DNA of 63,889 bases, the filler included, from Kipferlia bialata (Eukaryota): the NCBI GenBank assembly GCA_003568945.1. It is 6 parts of 6 records of this genome, joined end to end, with 100 filler letters (N's around TTAATTAATTAA, not from the genome) between each part and the next. Parts side by side here need not be neighbours in the genome. Positions count along the whole stretch, not along the records: positions 42,088 to 56,013 come from BDIP01000884.1; positions 56,114 to 60,138 come from BDIP01000913.1; positions 60,239 to 63,889 come from BDIP01000946.1; 3 more parts are not named here. The stretch is one strand, 5' to 3'. The notes under the pieces were generated by a model. That model was not told where the DNA came from and ran no database searches. It was given only the letters and a program-made list of their open reading frames with translations. Each line of letters starts with the position of its first letter. The first letter of the stretch is position 1. The position numbers and the translations under genes are program-made. Positions 52,960 through 63,889 of the stretch are shown here, piece by piece.

Positions 52960-55103
52960 TTAAAGACGGAGAGGATGAGTAGAGTGTGTAGGACATCCCC
53001 ACACACCTTTCAACTCATTCTGACATCTCCAGGACTTCCCAAACTGACTTATCGTGACCATCAGTTGCCCTATCGTCAGAAACACATAGAATACTGGACA
53101 GTGATATCTAATAGGACTTGGGCATATGACGTCTATTATCGACCCCCTGTGCTGAATAGTCCCATACCTTCTGCTTGTCTGCACAATCATGGCCTGCCTG
53201 GGTGTACCATCATGGAGCCTGATCCCCTGTTTCACCTGATACCCGATGTTACACAGGTGGGTCCACTGTACAACGGGTTCAGAAGTGTTTGACTCTGTTT
53301 CAGTTGTCTCCGCTGTGATACCACCCACACCCCAGTACGGCTCAGGGGCACCATCTGCATAGTCCTGTGGGTAAGTGTTTATAGTGGACTATAAAGGCAC
53401 TAACAAGTAGCCTCACCTCATATCCCAGCATCAGCACCGACTCAGAGTAATTTTCTACCTCTTGCTCCCCTTCCCTCTCCTCTCCCCCAAGTACAATGGG
53501 CGATGGACAGTGGAAGTCCTCTGGGAAACCCTCAGGCATAGCAGTCTCTCTCCACCTACCCATTGCCTTCTTTCCCTTGGCACCCCTCTCACCTGCACGG
53601 TCAGCAGTCTTTAGAGTACTCAGTCAATGCAACAATATCGTACTCACTTCCTCACCAGAGGTGTATGTACCTGGGGTGAACACCAGGTGCCTGAGTACCG
53701 CATCCTCCTCGTCTAGGGTACCCATCAGGTGGACAGTGCCTCTCAGACAGTAGGCAGTGATGTCACACACTTGGAGGTTAGAGGAGTATAAACACACGTG
53801 TTCATATATAGTGCAGCGACTCCCGTACATATCCCTGCCTTCCCCGGCCTCTGTCTCTTCCACGTGGACACTGAGGGGTCAAAGAGGGAGGTTGGGCACT
53901 TCTCTCTTGGGGAGAGAGAGCAGTCAATGAGAAGGACACGATCAGTCACAGTCAGCAGTATGACCTAAGATATTAGAGAGAGAGGCGGTATATGAGGTGA
54001 TATAGTATGAGAGTACCCACCTCCCTCCCAGCCCTGGGTCTGTCACCTTTCCTAGGACAGTCCTCCCAGGCACCTGAGGGGTGGAGAGAGAAGGAGAGAG
54101 TGATAGAGAATAGGGTTCCAGAGGGTTATGTATATCTGTGTGAGAGTACAATGTCGGTTGCTCTGAAGTAGAAGGGAGAGACAGTGAACACTCACCTGTC
54201 TCTATACATTGCCTGACCATCCTACAATCAGAACGGTCCCCAGGCGTCTGCGGTAGGTAGTAACATATATATAATAATAAGATAACAATCATATCATATA
54301 CTGTACGTAATCCAAAGAGTGTGTGTTTGGAAAGTGGATGTTCACGCAAAGTATGGGATTGTCCGGTCACCACCCTTTTGGAAGAGAGAGAGGAGAATAT
54401 GTCCCGTACCTTACCCCACACATACACACTCCCCTGGCAGACAGTAGCCGCAGTGCCTAGGGTCAGGGCCAAAGGGTACTTATATGTACAGAGGTCTGCC
54501 TATTTGCACACGACTATAGACATTGAGTGAGAGAGCAACAGAGATGAACAGAGAGAACCATTGTGAGCCATTCTAGGTGTATATATAATACGGGGAAGCA
54601 ACATGAAGATACATAGGAGAGGGTGTGTGTGCGGGGGGAGGGGGTAGAGAGATATAGTATACAGCAAGACCAATATACACACAATAGTGTGTGACTATGG
54701 CCCACGCTACAACACTACACTCATGTGTAGTACCTGCGAAGTTCTGCTCCCATCCTTCTCTAAAGAGAGAGAGGGTGTATAACCCCTCCCCCTCCCCCTC
54801 CCTCTCCCCCTGTACCCTATACACAGACCCAGTGGTGTAGTCCATGACTAGACTGCCACCCAGGGCACAGGGGCCAAGACATATCAGGCGGGGGTTACCC
54901 CTTGCTAAGTGCTCATCTGTACAGAGAGGTTGAATCCTGGTCAGGTGAGACAAGAGGCAGAGAAAGAAAAATATTGTGTGAAGGCTTTCTCTCTCCCTGT
55001 CTCTCTCTCTCACTTCAGAATATGAACATCGTTCCTGACAAGAGTCTTACCTCATACGAGTAGTGCCTCCATGCTCTTGTTCTGCTTGGTGTACACTCGC
55101 CAT
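52960..55103 (-). CDS. Divergent kelch-like protein, multi-exon
   Basis: Exons include TAATVCQGSVYVWG, SLFDPSVSTWKR and AYCLRGTVHLMG. The first exon is MASVHQAEQEHGGTTRM ending at a GTAAG donor. The 3' end is approximate. Confidence 0.5.
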
Positions 55104-55249
55104 AAATCGCCTGGAAGAGGAATGTGAGTTCAACTTCAAGGACATCACTGATAGTGTTTGTCTTGGGGGGTCAAGGTAGATCTATGACTGCAACTCCAAT
55201 GTACCACTCTCTCCGTCAATATACTACCTACACCTTACCCCCGTCCCCC

Positions 55250-55939
55250 ATGCATGTGGATGTGAGTGACATGGGAGGGCGGCACCTATGCACCGTGCAA
55301 GTGCCGGGTGACCTCTCCCCCTCTGACCCTATCAGTGCCATGCAGCCCATGATACACAGGGCACTGAGGGAGAGGGAGAGGGGGGAGGGGGAGGCCAGTG
55401 ACTCAGACGCATGTGATATGGAGATGAATGGAGAGGGGAACGGAGCTATGGCTGAGGCCGCATCTACTGAGGCCGGATGTACCTGTGGGGCAGCCTCTGC
55501 CTCTATGTGTGAGGGGGACACACCCCTCGATTCCAGTGTGCCCACCGTCACCCGCTATACTGTTGGCCCTGGTCAGCTTGAGGTCAGTCCCTCCACCCCC
55601 CTTGCCTTTCTGCACTGCATGTCTAGTGTGGGCACAGTGCATGTAACAGCATGCTTCGATATTACTATGGATGACGATGCTGCAGAGACAGGGGTGGGCA
55701 AGGAGGAGAGCGCCCATCACTCCCCCCTCACCTTCACCGCCCCTGAGTGCCACTCCCTCCTCTCCCTCCCCAACTCCTTTGGTCTAGACTCAAGTGCTGT
55801 CGTGGTGTATGGTGATGTGGTCAATGCACTATCCCTAGACAGAGGCCTCCTGGTGACTGCAGTGGGGGGCAGAGTGAGACAGAGCCTGGTCATAGACACA
55901 GCTGCACTACCTGGTACACAAGGGGTGGTGTGCACAAAG
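55250..55939 (+). CDS. Hypothetical protein, first exon; remainder lost at the contig edge
   Basis: Open 230-codon exon from the ATG at 55250 to an AAG|GTGAG donor. Confidence 0.55.
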
Positions 55940-55965
55940 GTGAGTGTAATGTAAAGCACTGTTAG

Positions 55966-56013
<48 letters not shown>

Positions 56014-56117
56014 NNNNNNNNNNNNNNNNNNNNNNNNNNNNNNNNNNNNNNNNNNNNTTAATTAATTAANNNNNNNNNNNNNNNNNNNNNNNNNNNNNNN
56101 NNNNNNNNNNNNNCCTT

Positions 56118-56151
<34 letters not shown>

Positions 56152-56200
56152 ACATACATACTCCTGCTCATTCACCCCATCCCTCTTGACTCACATCAAG

Positions 56201-57281
56201 GAGTATCTACATCTAGGCGAGACCGATATGTCCCGTATGAGCGCAACCTTGGACAGCTTGCTGCGTAGAGCTACTGAGAGCACCCCCGAACCGACCAAGA
56301 GGCAGACACTGAAGCAGTGCAGCTACAATACTGTGTTGGAGGTAGGGCCACCCGTTTCACCATTCTGATTTGTCTTCCTCACATTGGCCAATTGCTAGTG
56401 TGCTGCCGCCTCGGCACTATATGTATATATATCCACGACACATACACAGCTCTCAAGCTGAACTCCAGGTAGCCAACAACGCTATTTCCCTCCTGTCCCC
56501 ATTCTGTAAGGACAGCCGTTTCAAGACAGCCACAGAGATGAGTATCGCGGCTATAGACGCTCTCTTTGAGACGTTTGAGCAGTCAAGAAAGGCCCGCCGT
56601 GTAGCGTATGACGTGATAGAGATGAGAGATGCCGATGCCACTGAGCTTAGCATCCATCTGCTGCAGGGCCTTACCACTAGGGTGGAGTCAGACCCTGGGT
56701 TGGCAAGGCTGGTGCTGACCTCCATTGGCCCCCAGGTGCCCTCTGACATGAGGGTGGCAGGGTTAGAGACAGCACTGCTCAGACTGGACGACAGTGATCA
56801 ACGCATGCTATTCACTCTCATGCAGAGACAGCCTAGCGTCAGGTGGGAGTTCTACAAGGTGGCTCTGGACCTCAGCACCCACTGCACCGAGGAGCAGCTG
56901 GGATGCTACTACCATGTGCGTCTAGGGCAGGTGGTTCATACCTGTCTGGAGTTGCTGGGCAGCAGAGCGAGGGAGGAGTTTAACAAGGTGCAGAAACGGA
57001 GCCAGACCTACAGGGAGAGTATCCGCTCTAGGACTGACCCTGTTGGTAAGGCGAGGGCACAGGGACTGGACCTCTTTGAGAGTGGTGTCAGTGGTCAAGT
57101 GAGTGTGGAGTGCTGGGAGGATAGGGAACCCTCCACTGATACCCCCCTAACCACAGGCCAGGTGGTGTGGGGGATATGTCGCTTCATTATACTTTTATTC
57201 GTTGGGTGTGTGGCAGCTCTCACACTTATGTTTCTATGTGTGCTGCTGTATCATTTTCTCAGTGAGATATTCTCACTATGA
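56201..57281 (+). CDS. 3' part of a helical hypothetical protein with a C-terminal TM anchor
   Basis: Exons about 56201-56341 and 56449-57281. C-terminal hydrophobic stretch VVWGICRFIILLFVGCVAALTLMFLCVLLY. Confidence 0.6.
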
Positions 57282-57596
57282 ACTGAAATAGAGTCTATTG
57301 AATAGGAATAGACTCTATTCCTAGTTTCTCCTGCCTAACCATGCTCTACACTATACACTCAAATCATTATAGGCCAACTATATCAGTGAATACTCTATAA
57401 GGATGCGAACTCTCATTGCCATTTAAAGAGTAAAGTGGAAACAAGAGCACATGTCAAACCGGCCACATAATTGAGAACAGAGGTGTGACTCGATAAGTAG
57501 ATTAAGCTTAGGTCTCTCTCTAGCCTCTCCACTCAGTCTCTGGATGCACATTCAACTATGCGGCGCCCCCACTACAGTTAACACACTCACCACCTC

Positions 57597-60238
57597 CTAT
57601 GTGCTGGCTAGACCCCTGGACAAGTCAGGCATCGATTTCATGCGGTGAATGTTGGATGTGTTGGGGGAGTTTGCGGCACATGTAGTTGCGGCCTACAGGA
57701 ACAAGACAGGCAGCTCTCCCTTCCTAGAGAAACCGGGTAGCCAAGCTACACTTGATAGACAGTGCTGCTTTTCACTAAAGAGACAATTGAAAGAGGAGAC
57801 ATACATCATCTATTGGAGTGTTGGACTACCTGTCCCCCCCTGGCTGGGAGTGGGACTCTGGCACCATGGACACCTTGCCCAGCTTCCTGAGGGGTTAGAG
57901 GCATATCACTGCATTCACACTCAATATAACGAAATACAATTCCTTCAAAAATACAAACAAGTCCTTGTGATACACGTTGGGGTACCTGTGGCTGCCTGAG
58001 AATGGGACCAGGTCCGGCACTGGCTGGGACAGGATGGCCTGGGCCTCAAGGCTGCCCTGACCAAGTCTCTCGGTCTGGAACATGCCTGGGGGGTTAGAGT
58101 GATACACTGTACATTCCCACTGTACAAGATATGATCCCTGTCCATACCTGGGTCGAACCCTGCCCTCTCCCCCAGGGCCTCTGTGGATGCTGCCCCGCTG
58201 TAGTGCAACGCATCTAGAGTGGCACGGGCTAGGTCACCAGACACTGAGGGGGTGAGAGGGGGAGATAGAGAGAGAGAAGGTGGCAAGGAGACAAACAGTA
58301 CCTGAGTCGAGCCTGGCTATGCGGGATATGGATGGGACGAGGCCTGGTATGGGGAGTGCCCTGTGGACAGAGAGGGCCCAGGCCCTGACGACATGCAGCG
58401 CAACATCAACACCCGCAGTCTGGGCCTAGGGGTGAGGGGCGAAGAGTGTGGAAAATCCAATAGACTACTACACAGAGCAATAGGTCATTGTATATCCATG
58501 TACCTGTATGGCGCTGGCCAGTGTAGTGAGCAGGGCAAGTACGGGTCTAGACGTAGAGGGGGCTAGGGGCTGGGCGGCAATGCGGGCCACACTAGTAGTC
58601 AGCACGTCCTGGCCTGCCTGGGGGTGAGAGAGAGGACAATACATAAATATGCATTACATAAACGAGCATTACATATATGAGCATGAGTGTCCTCACCTGT
58701 CTGTCTGGGGTTGATAGGTATGCCGACACCGCCTGCTGCAAGGGGGAGGACACATCCCCAGGGCATGCCTCCAGTAGTGCACATATGTTGACGAGTGCCT
58801 TGTTGTGCGTGTGGGGTGGGAAGTGGCAGAGGACAGCCACAGCGGCACACACAGACAGAGACTCCCCACTGCCAAAGAGAGAGGCAGCAGGGGTCCCCAG
58901 CAGCTGGGCGAGGGTGGCTGCCCCGTCCCTGTGTGCCTCGAGGGAGGGGTACTGCTGGGGGTAGGCAGCAGCCGCAGAGGAGAGGGAGGCAGAGAGGGGG
59001 AGACGGGTGGCCAGGGCGACGAGGAGGCGGGACCCCCCTGCGTAGAAGGGAGCCTCTCTGGCCCTGAGGAGCGAGAAGGCGAGAGGGAAGAGGGGGTAGA
59101 GGGAGGGCAGCACAGGCCCAGGGGCGATGTTGACGAGGAGGGTGAAGCACTGGGCAGCGTTGATGAGCAGGGATGCGGCATCAGGCTGTCCGAGTCTCTC
59201 CGACACCTGACCCACCACCACTGAGAGGTCAGTGACCAGGGTGGATACCAGCCTCACATCAGACCGGGACAGGGTCAGGGCACGGAGGAAGGAGGCGAGG
59301 AGAGAGAGGGCACGGGCCCTGGGGAGGTCGAGCCTCTGGGACCGTGCGAACTTGAGTACATACAGACAGGCAGCACGGACGTCGGCAGGCTGCAGGACGG
59401 GGGCGCATGCTGTGACTATACCCAGGACGACTGACTCGAATGAGACCCTGGATATGGTTGTGGAGAGGGGTGCGAGGATGGAGTCTGCCACGGAGGGGGA
59501 GAGGAGGCAGGACACACACGCCCTGAGGAGGGGGACGCATGTGTTGGAGACAACCACTAGGCAGCATGCAGCGGGGAAGAAGGCCCTGGGTCTGGATATG
59601 GGCACGTTCTGGCACACCTGGGCCACAGACACTGCGTACTCAGAGCCAGCCAGCACCTCGTCACTCAGCCTTGAGGGGTGAGTCAAGGGTGAGTGATTAG
59701 AATGAGAGAGAGAGTGTGTGTGTGTGTGTGTGAGTAGGCACCTGGCGACAAAGAGATCTGGGTCATGCTTGGCTATGAGTGGGATGAGGACTGCTAGGGA
59801 TCTAGCAGCCACCCTAGTTGATAGACAGTGTGACAGGACAATCTTTGTGTTGCCCTGTGTCCTGCCCTGCTTGGATGGGGCCAGCAGGGAGGACAGGATG
59901 TCAAGGACAACATACTCAGCCTGGGGGTTAAGTGTCACGCACTAACAACTCCCATAACACTACTTACAACACACACTGTACCTGGGTGTCTGATCTGTTC
60001 TCGAAGAATGTGGTGAACAGCTCAATCATGACCCTCTGCTTGTCAGTGTCCATGGCATCCAGACACACCAGAGAGGCACACGCTCTGGGGGGTGAGGGGG
60101 GGGGGAGTCACTGAGAGAGCACAGAGACACATAGAGTANNNNNNNNNNNNNNNNNNNNNNNNNNNNNNNNNNNNNNNNNNNNTTAATTAATTAANNNNNN
60201 NNNNNNNNNNNNNNNNNNNNNNNNNNNNNNNNNNNNNN

Positions 60239-60293
<55 letters not shown>

Positions 60294-62741
60294 TATATAC
60301 ATATATGTACCCACCTGATATGGCTGTGTTCCACATCCTGCTCTGCCTCTCCCGGGGTGTCTCCTCTATGTCCACAACCTCATCCTCATCACACCTGGGG
60401 GGTGAGGGAGAGTACAATGGGTGCAATACCTATAGACATAGATGGACGGTACTACACTCACTCTTCGTCTGAGAGGACTGGCACCAACAGGCCATCTGCC
60501 ACTGCCAGGTGGGACGGCTGGACATGTCTGGGGCTGACTGAGGGTGAGATACATATACATCTACATATATATATATCAAGATAGATAGAGAGAGAGGGGG
60601 CAGGACATGTCTAGGGCTGACTGATGTTAGAAGGCGAGAGAGAGGGGGGGGGGGGAGAGAGAGGGAGAGGGATACTTGAATGAGACAGTGTATGTATACA
60701 CTGCCTCTTGGCACGTACCGTGACAGACCTCACCCCTCAGACTGTACACATACTCTCCATTGCGGGTGGAGGCTGGGGGTGAGGGCAAGAGAGAGAGAGT
60801 GTGTGTGCGTGTATGTGCGAGAGGTATGTACCTGTGGCGACTGCCCCCCAGGGTATGGTCTTGACATCGATGGGGTCAGACAGGAAGTGCAGGTTGCTGG
60901 GTCAGAGGGGGGGGGGAGAGAGAGAATAGAGTGACGATAAATTACTATATGCATATTGTTGTGGTGTAGGGAAGAGTGTATACTAATACTTGTACATATA
61001 TGTTTATACTCAAATGCCCATCTCTTGTGGTAGTGTGGGGGGTGCAGAAGTGTATATATACTATATATATATACTATATATATACTTCATTCGTGTATAT
61101 ACCTCTTGTGGTAGTGTGGGGGATGGAGGGCAGAGGGGTGCAGAGGGGACACCATGGTCTTGAGGGGGTTCTCCCAGATCTGGAGGGGTGAGGATGGGAG
61201 TAGACCCAGAGGGTTAAAGAGAAAGGTGGAACCAGATAGCAATTGAGAGTACATGGAGTGGAGAATGCAAGGAGAATCGGAGAGGGAGAGACCCCGGCTG
61301 TCTTGTATACAGAGACATTAAATATATAGTGAAAGAATGACACATAGTATAGATTCCCACCCACCCCGTCTGTCTTTGTCACCACCACCCTCATGGCGTG
61401 CAGTCTCTCTCTCTCTCTCTCTCTCTTGATAGTAATATATATATATATACATATATATATATATCCACCCACCCCATCTGTCTTTGGCACGACCACCCTC
61501 ATGGCCTGCAGTCTCTGTAGGATGGACCGGACCTGAACCTCAGGCCGCAGCAGACGGCTAGGGGTACTGGGGTGAAAGGGAGAGGGAAGGAGAAATGTAT
61601 TATGGAGCATAGAATATACACTCAGTATTCCATATATGACGCTGTACCTGGCGACTGTGTCTGCCTCCCCCTCTGTCAGGTCTGCATACACGTGGCACAC
61701 ATCCTCAGTCTGGGCATGAGAGAGAGAGAGAGAGAGAGAGAGAGTATACGTGGCACACATCCTCAGTCTGGGCATGAGAGAGAGAGAGAAAGAGAGAGAG
61801 AGATACCACACCTGCTCAGCCGGGGAGTGTATGAGCCTACTGGCCCCCTTGGCCCTCTCTCTGCTGCTGTGTCTGTGGATAGAGGCAGAGAGGGAGGTGG
61901 GGGAGCGGGCTCTCTCTCTCTCCCGCAGAGAGGCCGAGAGGGACATGGATGACCTTCTGCTGTCCCCCCTGTCCTTGCCTCTCCTGCTCACTCGCAGACT
62001 CAGGGACCCAGAGTGGGGGGAGCGGCTCGAACCGCGGACCTGACGGTGGAGGGGTGGGCGGGAAAGAGAGGGAGAGAGAAAGGGAGAGGATGCATAGGAA
62101 GTATGAGAGAGCGATGTCCAGGGCAATCACACGCTTGCAGAGAGAGTAATTACCCTATCAAGCTCACAAGAGAGGGAGGAGAGAGAGGATATTGTACTAA
62201 CCTGGGACAGAGAGAGGGCGTTTCCCTGTGAGAATGACATGGCATGTGGCGGGTCCAGCTGGGAGCTGTGGGTGGGGTGTGCGGCCTGCGTGGGGGAGTG
62301 CGGGGCCAGTATGCTGTGTGTGTCGTCTGGGTCGAGGTGGGAGGTCTCCAGGTGGGACGTGTATATGCCGGACATACTCAGGGCAGACATGCCAAGACCA
62401 CTGTACTCGGCACCCGGCATGTGCTGCGAGGCAGAGTGCGTGGACAGAACTGAGGCGCTGTGGTCAGAGAGTATGCTCCCGCCATCTGGGTCACCCTCCC
62501 GAGGCCGCCCTAGGCTTTGCGGCACATCAAACACCGTCTCGGGTCCCAGCGATATAGGCTCACCCCACTTGATCGTGGACGAGTTGGCGCCGAAGGGGGC
62601 TCGTGGGGTGACCGCTGGAGCTGTGTTCTCAGTCTCTGCCTCCCCCCAGTCAACGTGGTCCCTCCCTCTCTCCCCCTCTGCCACTTGCGGCACTTCGCCA
62701 TGCCGCCCCGGGGTGCGGTACTGCACGAAACTGCTATGCAT
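57597..62741 (-). CDS. HEAT/ARM-repeat-like alpha-solenoid protein with a Ser/Arg-rich N-terminus (assumes both sides of the 60139-60238 spacer are one gene)
   Basis: The long Leu/Ala-rich helical exon at about 58700-59670 reads RARALSLLASFLRAL, LLINAAQCFTLLVNIAPG. The N-terminal exons 62203-62741 and 61812-62040 are low-complexity. Confidence 0.55.
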
Positions 62742-63223
62742 CGGAGCGCTGGGGTGACCGCGTACGTACGTGACGCTTGCGGCCAGACTGGAGGCTTGGA
62801 AGGTGTTTACAGAAGATGCAGCCCTGGACGAGTGAGGAAAGAGAAGGAGCACCGATATGCCGCGCAAACCCCTTTTGGTTGATTATCTAAAGCCTCTTTT
62901 TCTATTTCAATGACCCAGAACAGCCTCTATATACACTCTCACCACACACGCAGTGTCTCTGGGGGACTACGTGCATTCTTTTCGTCGTTCTGGGGCATAT
63001 ATATAGTGCCAGAGTGCAGATAGGGGGCATAATATATTTGACACTCAAAGTCGTTTGTGAACCGCCAAGTCCAAGCTGAGGTCGGTTTCAGTGTAACATA
63101 ACACAACATGCGTGTAGACCACACAAGACCACTATGTATAGAGAGGGTGGATGCTATGGTCGCTAGAGAGCGATATGGATATTATATACACAAACACGTA
63201 TGGCGTTTGCACCTATATCTATA

Positions 63224-63278
<55 letters not shown>

Positions 63279-63280
63279 AT

Positions 63281-63790
63281 TTAGTTAGCGCTGTTAGGCA
63301 CCAGGCACAGGAACTTGAACACGTTCTCTCCAGTGTTACGGAACTAAGGGTGAGACTGTGTATATATACATATATACATATAGAGTCTGACAGCAGGCAG
63401 AGGAGACAGAGTGGAGGGTCTATAGAATGCTGCACCTGGTGCTCCTCGTTGCATGGCACGAGGATGCAGTCACCGGCAGACACTGGCTTGTATCCAGAGG
63501 GGGTGTAGAGCTCACCCTGGCCAGCAAGGACATACACCTGGGGTCAGGAGGGGGACAAGAGACACAAAATGTGAGTGTATGTCCAGATATGTACATGGAA
63601 CCTGATATGTCACTAAACAACAGCTCACTCCTCCTAACTCAGCACAATGATCTAACAGAGTCAACATAGATGTCATCGACTCAGTGTTATATTTGTTCAC
63701 ATACTGAGTATATATGTATACCTCATGCTCCCATGCGTGGACGTGCTTGGGGGTGTTGCCTCCCTTGGCCAGATCGAACTGGCGCATCCT
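63281..63790 (-). CDS. Cupin-2 domain protein, TM1459-like; 5' exons beyond the window end
   Basis: Three exons splice to RMRQFDLAKGGNTPKHVHAWEHEVYVLAGQGELYTPSGYKPVSAGDCILVPCNEEHQFRNTGENVFKFLCLVPNSAN*. Cupin motifs HxH.WEHE and GD...VP..E.H are present. Confidence 0.88.
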
Positions 63791-63889
63791 GGTATAAGAG
63801 GGGAGTATAATGGAAGAGAGTATGTGTGTGTGTAAGAAGGGGAAGGGGGGGGGGGGGGGTCGTAGGATGTCATGATGAACTGATGGACA

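Noticed and set aside
1..63889. Alternative genetic code (TAA/TAG = Gln, as in hexamitid diplomonads)
   Set aside because: Conserved proteins end at TAG or TAA at the expected positions (saposin, GMPPB, cupin), and a 2154-codon frame is open in the standard code.

Overview
Eukaryotic, very intron-rich protist DNA in the standard genetic code. Exons are short (about 30-150 nt), introns are GT-AG with the branch point fused to the acceptor (ctcac/ctgac/ctaac-N2-6-AG), and many introns carry (TA)n or (GA)n tracts. This style suggests a free-living fornicate such as Kipferlia (inference only). The window is not one locus: 100-nt N spacers with a TTAATTAATTAA linker join pieces of about 13.93 kb. 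Hand-spliced genes include a saposin-B domain protein, a secreted LRR protein with a bacterial-like C-terminal domain, kelch-like proteins, a truncated tRNA-Met, a giant type II membrane fibre-like protein, a phosphatidylinositol transfer protein, a coiled-coil protein, mannose-1-phosphate guanylyltransferase, a membrane-anchored alkaline phosphatase, two membrane proteins, a HEAT/ARM-like protein and a TM1459-like cupin. The most unusual signal occurs in every ~14-kb piece and the final segment: introns hold 'echo' copies of the neighbouring exon edge plus its splice site, up to 6 in tandem. These copies often differ from the live exon at synonymous positions (for example TCC vs AGC, CTC vs TTA/TTG) although they do not appear translatable. 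The 5' end of the tRNA is echoed in the same way. A recurrent 3'-flank hexamer AATAGA is a candidate polyadenylation signal. All gene models are manual and unverified by RNA data.
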